From positions 39,785-77,362 of the forward strand of contig MHUS01000010.1 in the NCBI GenBank assembly GCA_001823505.1: a stretch of 37,578 bases of DNA, read 5' to 3'. Below, piece after piece: positions 26,567 to 36,917 of this stretch (positions are counted from its first letter, which is position 1; the number at the start of each line of letters is the position of its first letter). The position numbers and the translations under genes are program-made. A model generated the notes under the pieces. The model did no database searches. It worked only from the letters and a program-made list of their open reading frames with translations, and had not been told where the DNA came from. The DNA comes from Candidatus Yonathbacteria bacterium RIFCSPHIGHO2_01_FULL_51_10 (GTDB lineage: Bacteria > Patescibacteriota > Minisyncoccia > Phycocordibacterales > UBA1539_B).

Positions 26567-27922
26567 TTACGTCGTTAATGCGCGTACCGCATGCGCAATA
26601 CGCTCAAGGGTCTCGCTCTTTCCAATGACACCGGCAATAATGAACGGATCAGGAGAGCGCTCTTTCCCCGAGAGAGCGTAGCGGAGAGGCCAAAGAACCG
26701 CTCCCCTCCCCTCCTTCTCAGCGAACCCCCAAATCGCTCCCTTGACGCCCGGAGCGGTGAATTCATTGGGAGTCAAGCGCTCGAGAGCGTCAGCCACCGT
26801 CTCAAGGCGCATAGCGGTCTTCGCATGATCTCGCTCGTCTTTCCAGAGAAGCGACTCGGCGACATACCCCGGAAGCGCGAAAAAATAATCGTATTCTCCA
26901 TTGTCGCACGCAACCTTGATCTCATGCAGTGTATGTGCACGCTCGATCATAATGGGGAGCATACTCCGCAATCGTTCTTCATTCCACTGTGGCATGAGTT
27001 TTAATCTCGGAGGAATGATCGCAAATACGTCTTCAAACAAAACTCCCGGTGAAAGTTTTTGGAGATATTGCCGGTTGATCCAGTTGAGCTTTTCCGTATT
27101 AAAAATAGCGCCGCCTTTTTGGATCTTGCTCAGATCAAACAATTCGGTCAGTTCATCGATGGAAAAGATCTCTCGTTCGTCTCCCGGATTCCACCCGAGA
27201 AGCGCCAAGAAATTGACGATCGCATCGGGGAAATATCCCAGATCACGATACTCGGTGAGCGCTACGGCACCATGGCGCTTTGAGAGCTTGGAACGGTCAG
27301 GCGCAAGAATGAGTGGCAGATGGGCATAGATCGGCCGCGGTGCACCAAGAGCCTCCCCTATCAAAACCTGACGTGGAGTGTTGGCGATCCCGTCATCACC
27401 ACGGATCACATGCGTGACACCCATATCGGCATCATCGACGACCACGGCAAAGTTATACAGCGGCGTATCAAGATCTTTGGCAATGACAAAATCCCCGAGT
27501 TCGGTTGTGTCGACACTGATGTCCCCGCGTACCTCATCGCGAAACGTTACGAGCTTGCCCGGATTCTTGAAACGGATCACCTCCGTGCGCTTTCCCTCGC
27601 CGCCTTCTTCCGCAGAAACATATGCCGCGCCAGACGCGATCAGCGCCTCAAGCTGCTTTTTGTAAATTGCTCCACGTTCTGACTGACGCGCAAACTCGTC
27701 ATGCGTGAAGCCGAGCCAGCGCAGTCCCTCAAGAATGTTGCTCTCGTATTCCGTGGTGGAGCGTTCCTTGTCCGTATCTTCAATACGCAGAATGAACTTG
27801 CCGCCGTGCTTGCGCGCATACAAAAAATTAAAGAGTGCCGTACGCGCGCTTCCCACATGGAGCACCCCTGTGGGGGACGGGGCGAATCGTGTGACGACAG
27901 ATGAAGTGTGGTTTGATTCCAT
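26567..27922 (-). CDS. gltX: Glutamate--tRNA ligase (compact, no zinc-binding insertion)
   Basis: TRFAPSPTG.LHVG, RIEDTD, THVIRG, KLSKR. Start re-chosen at MESNHT. Confidence 0.96.
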   Translation of the reverse strand: MESNHTSSVVTRFAPSPTGVLHVGSARTALFNFLYARKHGGKFILRIEDTDKERSTTEYESNILEGLRWLGFTHDEFARQSERGAIYKKQLEALIASGAAYVSAEEGGEGKRTEVIRFKNPGKLVTFRDEVRGDISVDTTELGDFVIAKDLDTPLYNFAVVVDDADMGVTHVIRGDDGIANTPRQVLIGEALGAPRPIYAHLPLILAPDRSKLSKRHGAVALTEYRDLGYFPDAIVNFLALLGWNPGDEREIFSIDELTELFDLSKIQKGGAIFNTEKLNWINRQYLQKLSPGVLFEDVFAIIPPRLKLMPQWNEERLRSMLPIMIERAHTLHEIKVACDNGEYDYFFALPGYVAESLLWKDERDHAKTAMRLETVADALERLTPNEFTAPGVKGAIWGFAEKEGRGAVLWPLRYALSGKERSPDPFIIAGVIGKSETLERIAHAVRALTT

Positions 27923-27926
27923 GATG

Positions 27927-29081
27927 TTATTCTTGAGGTTGTGCTTCCATGCGGCGGTGGTCAACGAGGACTGCAACGATCTGTTGCGTTATCTTTGCCG
28001 CGGCGTTGTCTTTGGCGAATGCCTTCGCAGCGGATGCCATACGCTTGCGCCGCTCCGGATCGTCCATGACCGCGTTTATTTCGGCGGCGAGAATATGCGG
28101 CGTAAGATTTGCCTCGTCGATCACTTCACACGCACCGGCTTTTGCATAAATATAGGCATTTTTGCGCTGATGATCTCCGTGCGCGATCGCAAGGGGGATC
28201 ATGATCGACGGCAATCCCCACGATGCAAGCTCAAAAACGGTTGACCCGGCGCGCGAGATGACGAGATCGGCAATCCCCGCGGCTCGAACCATTGCTTCAT
28301 CATTGAGATATGCCAGGGGCTTGTAACGATGCGCGTTGGGATTATTCTCAAGCGTCAACGCGGACGTCTGCTCCACTTCCGTGAGATTAAGCGGACCGGT
28401 CTGATGAATGAGCTGGTAGCGCTCGACGAGCTGAGGTAGGGCTTCCACGATTCCATCATTGATGACCTGCGCTCCTTGTGACCCACCCAACACAAACAGC
28501 GTGGGGAGTGCCGGATCAAGACCGAAAAATTCATGAGACCCTTCCCGGATCGGTGCTTGTATCTCATGACGGATCGGCGCACCAGTAAAAGCTGTTTTAC
28601 CTTGAGGAAAATATTGAGCAGCTTCAGGATACGACACGGCGATCCGCTTGGCGAATTTCCCCGCCCAGCGGTTGACCCGCCCCGGCACGGCATCTGACTC
28701 ATGAATGATCACGGGGATACGCAAGAGGCGCGCCGCGAAAAGTGTCGGGAAGCTCGCATACCCACCCTTCCCGATGACCACGTCAGGGTAGAGCGCAAAG
28801 AGCATGCCGATCGCGTGAACACAGGCAATGCCCGTCTTGAACATATCGATGATGTTTTCGGAAGATGCGGCACTGGTATAGGTACGCATCTTCCCCGTTG
28901 AGAGACGTTTAAAGATGAGGCGGTGCTCAAAGAGCGCCCGCTCGTCATAGGGCTTATCGGCGATAAAATACATCTGGACGTTGGCGATCCTCCGTTCCTC
29001 CAAAAGAGCCCCCAGCTCTTGAGCGATAGCGATGATCGGGTAGAAATGCCCCCCGCCTCCTCCTGCAAAAACTACTTTCAT
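27927..29081 (-). CDS. murG: UDP-GlcNAc:lipid I GlcNAc transferase
   Basis: GGGGGH, GKGGYAS, IHESD..PG..N, GGSQG, SRAG, HQRKNA. Confidence 0.95.
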   Translation of the reverse strand: MKVVFAGGGGGHFYPIIAIAQELGALLEERRIANVQMYFIADKPYDERALFEHRLIFKRLSTGKMRTYTSAASSENIIDMFKTGIACVHAIGMLFALYPDVVIGKGGYASFPTLFAARLLRIPVIIHESDAVPGRVNRWAGKFAKRIAVSYPEAAQYFPQGKTAFTGAPIRHEIQAPIREGSHEFFGLDPALPTLFVLGGSQGAQVINDGIVEALPQLVERYQLIHQTGPLNLTEVEQTSALTLENNPNAHRYKPLAYLNDEAMVRAAGIADLVISRAGSTVFELASWGLPSIMIPLAIAHGDHQRKNAYIYAKAGACEVIDEANLTPHILAAEINAVMDDPERRKRMASAAKAFAKDNAAAKITQQIVAVLVDHRRMEAQPQE

Positions 29082-29103
29082 AATTGGAATAATATAATGA
29101 TTT

Positions 29104-30210
29104 TTATGTTGATTTGGTCATGTACCGCGAGATATTCAGGACGATTCCCACCCCCACAAGCACTGCGAGCAATGCCGATCCGCCATGGCTTATGAACGGC
29201 AGCGGGACGCCCGTAAGAGGGAAAACACCGATCATTGAGGCAATATTAATGAACGCCTGCGTTACAATGAGTATAACAATTCCAACGACAACAAGTCCAC
29301 TAAACTGGTCGGGAGCCCGCCGGGCAATCACGAGCCCGCGAGCTCCAAAAAGAAGGAACGCAACGAGGATGCTCATTGCACCAATAAATCCAAATTCCTC
29401 CGCCGCAACGGCAAAGATGGAATCTCCGACCGGCTCCGGCAGATAGTAATATTTCTGGAGACTTTTCCCGAAGCCGCGTCCTGATATTTGACCTGAGCCA
29501 ACCGCGGTAAGTGATTGCTTGAGCTGATACCCTGCTCCCTGCACGTCCCGCTCAGGGTGGATGAAGGTCGTGAGGCGGCTCACCACGTGCGGTTTGACCG
29601 ATGCAAACAAACCGAATCCAATGACACCTATGAGAACGATCATGCCGACATGCTTCCATGGTACTCCGCTGACAACAAGCATCGCAAATGTCGCAATGGC
29701 AATGATACCGAATGTGCCGGTATCCGGCTCCATGAGAACAAGTGCTCCCGTGACCGCCATCAACACACCAAACGCAATGGTTCCCTGCAGTGAACTTCGC
29801 GCACTCCCTTTTAGTTTTGAGAGAAACGCCGCAAAATAGATCACGACGCCCAACTTGAGAAATTCTGATGGTTGCACCGAAAACGGCCCCAGATAGATCC
29901 AGCGTTTTGCTCCACCGGACGAACCTCCTATCCCGGGGATGAACACAAGCGCGGCAAGGATCATGGTGGCGATCAACAACACGAGTGCGTACGATCGCCA
30001 GAAGCGATACGGAATGTATGATGCCGCAACACACCCCACCCCCCCACAGATCAGCCCGAAGACGATCTGACTTATCAGGATATTGGAGAATACCTCGCTC
30101 CCCTTCTTCGCAAAGATGCCCAGTGACGCTGAATAAAAAATAATAAGTCCTCCCATGATGAGCGCGAGGAGGAGGATAAGCAGTTGTTTGTCGACACCGT
30201 GATCACGCAT
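29104..30210 (-). CDS. ftsW: SEDS peptidoglycan glycosyltransferase FtsW
   Basis: GAKRWI..QPSEFLK, EPDTGT, GYQ..QS, YLPEP..DSIFAV..EEFG, LPFISHGGS; lies between mraY and murG. Confidence 0.93.
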   Translation of the reverse strand: MRDHGVDKQLLILLLALIMGGLIIFYSASLGIFAKKGSEVFSNILISQIVFGLICGGVGCVAASYIPYRFWRSYALVLLIATMILAALVFIPGIGGSSGGAKRWIYLGPFSVQPSEFLKLGVVIYFAAFLSKLKGSARSSLQGTIAFGVLMAVTGALVLMEPDTGTFGIIAIATFAMLVVSGVPWKHVGMIVLIGVIGFGLFASVKPHVVSRLTTFIHPERDVQGAGYQLKQSLTAVGSGQISGRGFGKSLQKYYYLPEPVGDSIFAVAAEEFGFIGAMSILVAFLLFGARGLVIARRAPDQFSGLVVVGIVILIVTQAFINIASMIGVFPLTGVPLPFISHGGSALLAVLVGVGIVLNISRYMTKST

Positions 30211-30221
30211 AGGAGTACCTG

Positions 30222-31277
30222 TTAGCCCATCAGCGCGATGATCATGCCGATGATCGCAAAGATCACCGAAATTATCCAAAAGCGCATGGTCACTTTATAC
30301 GACGGCCAGCCGAGTGCCTCGAAGTGGTGATGGATCGGCGCCACCAAAAATATTTTTTTTCCGTTGCGGAATCGTTTGGAAAGCGTCTGAATGATCACGG
30401 ACCCGGAACTCACAAAAAGCGGTAGCGCAATAATGGGCAAGACAGCGACCTCATGCGTAAGGAAGGCAACCACCGTAAGAGATGTCGTAAGCCCCAAGAT
30501 CCCCGTCTCAGACATGTAAAAACGAGCGGGGGGAATATTAAACCAAAGAAACGCCAATGTCCCCCCGACGATGACCGCGCAAAATGCCGCAAGATCGATG
30601 TAATTTTCAAAAAATGCAATACCGGCGTATGCAGAGAAGATGGCAGCCATCACTCCACCGGAAAGACCGTCAATGCCGTCGATCACCCCACCGGAGAACA
30701 GCGCAAGCATGACAAGCATAAAGAATGGAATGAATGCCCATCCAAGATCAACTTCTCCGGCAAACGGAATTGCGATTGATGTGACGTCAAGCTTGAACAT
30801 GAACCACCACGCACCAATGAACCCGATAAGCAGCACCAGGGCAATGCGCTTCTTTAAAGCGAGTCCTCCGGCAACATATCCACCCTTCCCCGCGACCTGA
30901 AGCAAGTCGTCCGCAAGTCCAATAAGTGAAGCGGTAATAAGTACAAACAGCGGCAACCATGTCTGACTGCGACTGAGAAAATCAAGTTTCTGTGTCACAA
31001 CACTGGGGAACAAATGAGAGATCATCCAAATAATTGCGATGGTCAAAAGTGCACTTGCCCAGATGATGATCCCGCCCATGCGCGGCGTTTTTTTAACCTC
31101 GTCTTTGTGTAATGATGCAGAAATTGGAGCGGCTCCCCCATCAAGCGCTTTCTGTACGCTCTGCTTCTTCCACGCCTTATGTTTGTAGAGATAATGAGTG
31201 AGAATGGGCGTGATGGCAATACCTATAAAGAAGGCTATCGCCGCCGGCGCAAACACTTTCACTACATCTATGATCAT
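30222..31277 (-). CDS. mraY: Phospho-N-acetylmuramoyl-pentapeptide transferase
   Basis: KTPRMGG, GLADD, DGIDGL, FLWFNIPPA, APIHHHFE. TATACT lies 6 nt before the ATG. Confidence 0.95.
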   Translation of the reverse strand: MIIDVVKVFAPAAIAFFIGIAITPILTHYLYKHKAWKKQSVQKALDGGAAPISASLHKDEVKKTPRMGGIIIWASALLTIAIIWMISHLFPSVVTQKLDFLSRSQTWLPLFVLITASLIGLADDLLQVAGKGGYVAGGLALKKRIALVLLIGFIGAWWFMFKLDVTSIAIPFAGEVDLGWAFIPFFMLVMLALFSGGVIDGIDGLSGGVMAAIFSAYAGIAFFENYIDLAAFCAVIVGGTLAFLWFNIPPARFYMSETGILGLTTSLTVVAFLTHEVAVLPIIALPLFVSSGSVIIQTLSKRFRNGKKIFLVAPIHHHFEALGWPSYKVTMRFWIISVIFAIIGMIIALMG

Positions 31278-31324
31278 TCCTATAGTATACCCGGCAGCGA
31301 GAGATATGCAAAAATGGCTTTTTG

Positions 31325-32410
31325 CTATTGCACTTTAAGATTTTTCCCCTCCGCAGAAATTGTTGCAATGGCCGCGCGGGTGAGTGCCTCGATGTCAGAG
31401 AACCTCCCCTCTGTGGTGGAGGCAAGAACAACGATCACCACGGGGCGACTGAGTCCTGCGTCAACAATAACGGCAAGATTCCCTCCTGCCAGAGACGTAT
31501 ACCCGGTCTTTGACGCGATGATCCCGGGAATATCCAGAACACGCTCGTTGGTATTCGTTGCCGTGTGCGAAAAAGCTTCAAGCGATGAAACCGTTACGGC
31601 GGCGGATGAAGTATCATTAAAAATTTCCGGATGAGTACCCAGTGCGTACGAAAAAAGTTGTGCGGTGTCGCGCGCCGAGCCATACGCTCCAGCTTGCGCA
31701 TCATCACGATCAAGTCCGGTTACGCTCAGGTATGACGTCTCCGTAAGCCCGAGTGCTTGCGCACGCTCGTTCATTTTTAGCAGGAAGGCTTTTTCCGGAG
31801 AAGCCCCGTCATTTATGGGCGCATCTCCTGCAGAATGTTTCAAGGTGCGCCCGACTGATGCTGCTATGGCATGCGCGCCATCGTTGGATGATCCAACCAG
31901 AGTAAGCGCGAGAATATCACGCAGACGAAACTGCTCTGACGAGCGGAGTCCTGAGTCCCCCTCAATAGCAATGTCTGCGGGGCGAATGGTAACCAGTGTG
32001 TCGCGCGAAGATTCTTCTGCGGCAATAAGCGCTGTCATTATTTTTGTAACGGAAGCCAGAGGAAGCCGCGTGTTGGCGTTTTTTTCAAAAAGTACGTTGC
32101 CCGTGGCGATATCGAGGACATAGGCGGCGCGCGCATCAAGAGCAACATCGGCAAAGGGGTCTTTTGGGGCAACGAAGGCTGGCGGTGTGGCTACGCGAGG
32201 GGGATACACCTTTGCGAGCGTGGAGCCTTTCTCTGGAGCTGCATCTTTTTGGAGTATTGCTCCTCCTACGGTCGCGAGAAGGACAAGGGCAAGAGCAAAT
32301 CCAACACGCACAGACTGAGGCGGAAATCCCTCGAGATCGAAGCCGTGCTGGGGAGTTCCCCGTTGAGGCTCTTCCTTGTATTCATTGTTGTAATTAAATT
32401 CATCACTCAT
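31325..32410 (-). CDS. Serine D-Ala-D-Ala carboxypeptidase (S11) with an N-terminal TM
   Basis: SxxK (ASVTK), SxN (SSND) and KTG motifs; the start overlaps the scpB stop (ATGAGTGA). Confidence 0.92.
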   Translation of the reverse strand: MSDEFNYNNEYKEEPQRGTPQHGFDLEGFPPQSVRVGFALALVLLATVGGAILQKDAAPEKGSTLAKVYPPRVATPPAFVAPKDPFADVALDARAAYVLDIATGNVLFEKNANTRLPLASVTKIMTALIAAEESSRDTLVTIRPADIAIEGDSGLRSSEQFRLRDILALTLVGSSNDGAHAIAASVGRTLKHSAGDAPINDGASPEKAFLLKMNERAQALGLTETSYLSVTGLDRDDAQAGAYGSARDTAQLFSYALGTHPEIFNDTSSAAVTVSSLEAFSHTATNTNERVLDIPGIIASKTGYTSLAGGNLAVIVDAGLSRPVVIVVLASTTEGRFSDIEALTRAAIATISAEGKNLKVQ

Positions 32411-33065
32411 GCGTATTCTCATCTTTATTTTCTGAAGAAGTATCGTCCATACCGACCTCACCTTCGTCACCGTATTCATCATCTATCTCAAGTTCTTCGT
32501 CAGCTGAAAAAACCTCAGGTGACGCTGCCTGTTCCGAAGGCGTGCCCGCCTCAAACGTGACGAGCTCATCTCGTATAGCGGTAAAGTCGGGCAGGTCCTC
32601 CGGCCGCGCAACGCCCAAATGCGAGAGGAGGTCAAAGGTCGGGCGGTACCGCGGCACACGTGCGTTCACACCCCCCTCAACACGCTCGATCAACCCACGC
32701 ACGAGAAGCGAACGCACAATGAACGCCGAGTTCACGCCGCGAATGTGGTCGATCTGGCTGCGGGCGACCGGGCCGCGGTAAAGAACGATCGCAAGAGTCT
32801 CGATCCCCGCCTTACCGATCTCACGCGAAAGTTCTTCTTTGAGGAGTCGCTCGATCAAGGCGCTCGCGGGCTGTGCAGTGGCAAGCATTGCGGCGCTATT
32901 CGTCCGCATGAGCGCGAGCCCACTGCCCGCGAGGTGCTCCTCGAGCCGCGCGAGAGCCGCGGTGACCTCCTCCCCGCTCACCCCGAGCATTTCGGCAAGC
33001 TTCGCCTCCGTTACCGGCTCGGCTTTGTAAAATAAAATTGCTTCGATCTGAAAATGAAGTTCCAT
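32403..33065 (-). CDS. scpB: Segregation and condensation protein B
   Basis: IEAILF, ETLAIVLYRGPV.RSQID.IRGVNS, L.RGLI; adjacent to scpA. Confidence 0.95.
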   Translation of the reverse strand: MELHFQIEAILFYKAEPVTEAKLAEMLGVSGEEVTAALARLEEHLAGSGLALMRTNSAAMLATAQPASALIERLLKEELSREIGKAGIETLAIVLYRGPVARSQIDHIRGVNSAFIVRSLLVRGLIERVEGGVNARVPRYRPTFDLLSHLGVARPEDLPDFTAIRDELVTFEAGTPSEQAASPEVFSADEELEIDDEYGDEGEVGMDDTSSENKDENTHE

Positions 33066-33071
33066 ATTGAT

Positions 33072-33803
33072 CTATCGATACTGCGGCACACCCACATCCT
33101 GCGCTTCAATGGAGATGTCCTCGAATGTCGCGTGCTGGATGACATCGATCACGCCTTGCTTTGTCAATTCAAGAAGTGCAAGAAATCCGATGATCACCTC
33201 TTTCTTTTCCTTCTCTCCCCCACCGACGAAGTCCCGGAAACTCATCTTGAGCGCCGCGGCCACACGGTCGCGCAGCCGATCCATGGTTTCCTCAATACTC
33301 ACGATGCGCTTCACGATGACCTTGGGGAGCACTTCTACTTTAGGGAACCGTCCGACCACCTCACGGATGGCGAGCACCAATGCCCCAGGGTTCGTCTCCG
33401 CGTCCGGGGCAAACACCGTAGCGCGCGTGCCTCGATCACGTCGAGCAAACAGAAACTCTGTGCCAAAGCGCTCGTGGAGCGTATGTGCCAGCGTACGATA
33501 CCGCTCATAGAGCTTGAGCCGTCGTTCGAGGTCGTCAATACTTGATTCCTCCTCACGCGAAAGCGTGAGTGTCGGCAAGAGCGAGCGTGATTTAATGAGC
33601 ACCAAAGTTGCGGCAACGAGCAAGAACTGCGCGGTGTCCTTAAGCGGCATGTCGGCGATCCCCCGGACGTAGACCAGGTAGTCGTCCGCGATCTGCGAAA
33701 GCGAGATCTCGTTGATGAGCAGTTTGCGCTTTTCAATGAGCGACAAAAGAAGGTCAAGCGGACCCTCAAAACCCGTAGTTTTTACCTGAAATGCCGTATC
33801 CAT
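33072..33803 (-). CDS. scpA: Segregation and condensation protein A (kleisin)
   Basis: FEGPLDLLLSLI, FLLVAATL..IKSR.LLP, FLALLEL, Q...FEDI. TATGAT lies 6 nt before ATG 33803. Confidence 0.95.
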   Translation of the reverse strand: MDTAFQVKTTGFEGPLDLLLSLIEKRKLLINEISLSQIADDYLVYVRGIADMPLKDTAQFLLVAATLVLIKSRSLLPTLTLSREEESSIDDLERRLKLYERYRTLAHTLHERFGTEFLFARRDRGTRATVFAPDAETNPGALVLAIREVVGRFPKVEVLPKVIVKRIVSIEETMDRLRDRVAAALKMSFRDFVGGGEKEKKEVIIGFLALLELTKQGVIDVIQHATFEDISIEAQDVGVPQYR

Positions 33804-33845
33804 TGGGCTATCATACCATACCAAGAGCACCGGCACAGCAGTCAA

Positions 33846-34484
33846 CTACGGCAAATGCGCGTGGTCGTTCCAGGAAATGAGCTTCCAGTGAGTTTTGCCA
33901 CACGACACGCAGGGGCCGTAGTCAGCGATGGTTATCCCCGTATTTGCAGTCGGTGTCGCATGAGAAAATTTCCTAAATACAGCTGGCTCAAGTTCCTCAC
34001 CGAAAATCATACACATCATGAGCATACGCATAAAAATGCTGTGTGATACAACAACCAAATGCTCATCTGAATGGCTTCCAATGAACCGCAATGCTTCAAG
34101 GGCGCGCTGTTTCAAATCATTGAAACTTTCATCATCGGAGTACTTCCAGTCTGGGTTATCTCCATTCTCCTTTCGCTGCCGCGTATACTCTTGGATAAAT
34201 TGGCTATCGTAGTGTTCACCGGCATACCCTGTTGGGTATCTACGTTCTACAAAAAGCTCGGATGATTCAACCGGCAACCCAAGGCATTCGCTTATGATCT
34301 TTGCGGTTTGCTGTGCACGAACAAACGTACTCGCGATAATTCTTGTATTGGGGATATTTTTGAGACGCTTCGCTACAAAAGCCGCCTGTCGCTCTCCATG
34401 CTCAGTAAGCAGAGCTTCTCCCCCAAAATTAATACGTTGAACATTTTCTTCACTCTCTCCGTGCCGAACAAAATACACCCTCAT
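33846..34484 (-). CDS. Histidine phosphatase family protein
   Basis: RHGES, RAQQTA, LVVVSH, WNDHAHL. Confidence 0.9.
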   Translation of the reverse strand: MRVYFVRHGESEENVQRINFGGEALLTEHGERQAAFVAKRLKNIPNTRIIASTFVRAQQTAKIISECLGLPVESSELFVERRYPTGYAGEHYDSQFIQEYTRQRKENGDNPDWKYSDDESFNDLKQRALEALRFIGSHSDEHLVVVSHSIFMRMLMMCMIFGEELEPAVFRKFSHATPTANTGITIADYGPCVSCGKTHWKLISWNDHAHLP

Positions 34485-34485
34485 G

Positions 34486-35826
34486 TTAATTGCTGTCCGG
34501 TTTAGAAAGCAGTGTGTCGATACGGTTGAGGTCGCGGGGAAAGAGCGTTGCTTGCTTCACGTTCTCAATCCCCAAGAGCTTCGCCGTGAGCCGCTCAAGC
34601 CCGATGGCAAGTCCACCTTCGGGGGGCATGCCATACTTGAAGGCCTGCAGATAGTACGAGAATTTTTCCGGCTTGAGTCCCCATGCTTTGATGTTCTCAA
34701 CAAGCTTGTCGTACTCGTGGATACGCTGGCCACCCGTCGTGATCTCCACTCCGCGAAAAAGGAGGTCGAAGCTTTTGGTGAAGCCGGGGTCTGCCTCATC
34801 CTCGTAGGTATAAAATGGACGCTTCTTCACCGGATAGTGCGTAATGAAGGCAAAGTCGGAGCCGAATTCCTTCTTGGCATATTCAGAAAGCCAGCGCTCA
34901 TGCTGCGGCTCAAGGTCGGGCTCCTTGGTGCAATCCTCACCGAATTCTTTTTTGATGATCTCCTGCGCCTCGCGAAGCTTCCAGGTGGGGATCTTCTCCC
35001 CTACTGTAGGGATTTCTGCCTTAAAGAGTTTGAACTCATGCGTGCAGTCCGCCGCAAGCACTTCGGAAAGATACGTCAAAAACCGCTGCTCGAGCGCCAT
35101 GATATCGGTGTGGTCCTTGATGAAGCCCATTTCCAGGTCAAGACTTGTATATTCATTGAGGTGGCGCGTGGTGCTGTGCTTCTCGGCTCGATACATGTTG
35201 CCGGTTGCAAAGACACGCTCAAAAACCCCCACAAGGATCTGTTTGTAGAGTTGTGGACTCGTCGCCAAGTACGCCGTGTGGCCAAAGTACTCCACGGGAA
35301 ATACCGCAGCACCCCCCTCTGCATCACTACCGGTGAGCTTAGGAACCTGTGCCTCGGTAAATCCTTCTCCGATCAAAAATTCTCGGAACGCATTGATGAT
35401 GCGTGCCTGTACGCGGAATACCGCCTGCACCTCTTGACGGCGGAGCGTTAAGGGCAAGTTGTCAAGATACGTGTCAAGGTTGAGCTCTGAGTCCTTGTCG
35501 AAGGGTAGCTCTTCCGCGCGCGCGAGTACTTTGATCTCCAGCACTTCAATTTCAATAGCGCCTGTCGGCAAGTCAGCATTCACCATTTTTTCCGGACGCT
35601 TATTGACTTTGCCGCGGATCTCCACGACCCACTCAGGGCGCACCGTCTGAGCAGCCGCATGCGCTTCTGCGTTGTTGGGCAATGCAACCATCTGTACGAG
35701 CCCGCTCTTGTCGCGCAGGTCAATAAAGATAAGCTTGCCGTGGTCGCGCCGTACGTCGATCCATCCCGCGATGGATACTTCCCCCCCTATCTTCCCCGGC
35801 AGATCGTTAATGTATGTTCGTTCCAT
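34486..35826 (-). CDS. aspS: Aspartate--tRNA(Asp/Asn) ligase, short archaeal-type form
   Basis: OB fold (RDHGKLIFIDLRD), SPQLYKQ, YRAEKHST.RHLNEY, FDLLFRG.EITTGGQR, GLAIGLERL, FPRD; 446 aa with no GAD insert. Confidence 0.93.
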   Translation of the reverse strand: MERTYINDLPGKIGGEVSIAGWIDVRRDHGKLIFIDLRDKSGLVQMVALPNNAEAHAAAQTVRPEWVVEIRGKVNKRPEKMVNADLPTGAIEIEVLEIKVLARAEELPFDKDSELNLDTYLDNLPLTLRRQEVQAVFRVQARIINAFREFLIGEGFTEAQVPKLTGSDAEGGAAVFPVEYFGHTAYLATSPQLYKQILVGVFERVFATGNMYRAEKHSTTRHLNEYTSLDLEMGFIKDHTDIMALEQRFLTYLSEVLAADCTHEFKLFKAEIPTVGEKIPTWKLREAQEIIKKEFGEDCTKEPDLEPQHERWLSEYAKKEFGSDFAFITHYPVKKRPFYTYEDEADPGFTKSFDLLFRGVEITTGGQRIHEYDKLVENIKAWGLKPEKFSYYLQAFKYGMPPEGGLAIGLERLTAKLLGIENVKQATLFPRDLNRIDTLLSKPDSN

Positions 35827-35828
35827 AA

Positions 35829-36917
35829 TTAATGTGATTCGTTTTTGAGAGTTAATCCTATTTTTTCGCGCACATCCTGCATGGTCTTTTGTGCTTCAGC
35901 ACGAGCTACTTCTCCCCCCTCTCGCAAGATCTGCACGACCATGTCAGGGTCACGAGCGAGATCCTCGCGACGGCTGCGCAAAGGCGCTGTGAATGCGCGG
36001 ATGTTATCAATCAAGATCTCTTTGGACTCTTTGTAACCGATGCCACCCTCCGTGTAGCGCTTGCGGAGCTCCGGGAGGTCAGCGCCACTCACGAGTTCAT
36101 GGAGTGCAAACACCTTGCAGGTGGCGGGATCCTTGGGCTCATCCACTCCTTTTGAGTCGGTCGGGATCGACATGACCGCTTTCTTGATCTCCTCGTCTGA
36201 GACGAACAGCCCAATGACATTGCCGTAACTCTTGCTCATCTTGCGTCCGTCGGTGCCGGGGACCGTCTTCACGTCTTCAAGAATGAGCGGCTCGGGAATC
36301 TTGAACGTCTCGCCGAATACGCGATTGAACTTTTGTGCCGTGTCTCGTGCGATCTCGATATGCTGCTTTTGATCAAGACCGACCGGCACCACATCAGCGC
36401 CGTACATGAGAATATCCGCCGCCATGAGAATGGGGTAATCAAAAAGCCCGACGTTGACGCCCCTATACTTTACTTCTTCTAGGTGCTCATACATGTCTTT
36501 GAGTTTTTCCTCGGTCAGTTCTTCTTTCTTTTGATGTTCATCTCCAAGCATACTTAACAGAAGATCCTCGTTTTTGTTCGTAGCATCCTTGAACGCATGT
36601 GCACGCATGAGATACGGCACCGTGGTGATGGTGTTAAAGATCCACGCAAGCTCAGCCACCTCTGACACGTCAGACTGGAGGAACAGGGTTGTTTTCTTTG
36701 GGTCAATGCCGATCGCGAGGTAGTCCAATGCGAGGTCTAAGGTAAGCTTGCGGAGGAGCGCGCCGTCGGAGACGCTGGTGAGGGCGTGGTAGTTGGCGAT
36801 AAAGATGAACTGACGGTATTCATCCTGACGGTCCACAAACTGGCGCATCGCGCCAAAGTAGTTGCCCAAATGCACCTGCCCGGTCGGTTTGACCCCTGAA
36901 AGCAATGTTTTCTTCAT
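35829..36917 (-). CDS. trpS: Tryptophan--tRNA ligase with an internal insertion of about 35 aa
   Basis: SGVKPTG..HLGNY, YPILMAADIL, VPVG.DQ.QH, KMSKS. TAGTAT lies 6 nt before ATG 36917. Confidence 0.96.
   Translation of the reverse strand: MKKTLLSGVKPTGQVHLGNYFGAMRQFVDRQDEYRQFIFIANYHALTSVSDGALLRKLTLDLALDYLAIGIDPKKTTLFLQSDVSEVAELAWIFNTITTVPYLMRAHAFKDATNKNEDLLLSMLGDEHQKKEELTEEKLKDMYEHLEEVKYRGVNVGLFDYPILMAADILMYGADVVPVGLDQKQHIEIARDTAQKFNRVFGETFKIPEPLILEDVKTVPGTDGRKMSKSYGNVIGLFVSDEEIKKAVMSIPTDSKGVDEPKDPATCKVFALHELVSGADLPELRKRYTEGGIGYKESKEILIDNIRAFTAPLRSRREDLARDPDMVVQILREGGEVARAEAQKTMQDVREKIGLTLKNESH

Noticed and set aside
33846..34484. Histidine phosphatase as a mobile insertion
   Set aside because: Somewhat AT-richer, but there are no flanking repeats and its start lies 1 nt from the aspS stop, consistent with an ordinary operon member.
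34486..35826. Short archaeal-type AspRS (and the compact GluRS) as novelties
   Set aside because: Known variants expected in reduced genomes; recorded as features only.
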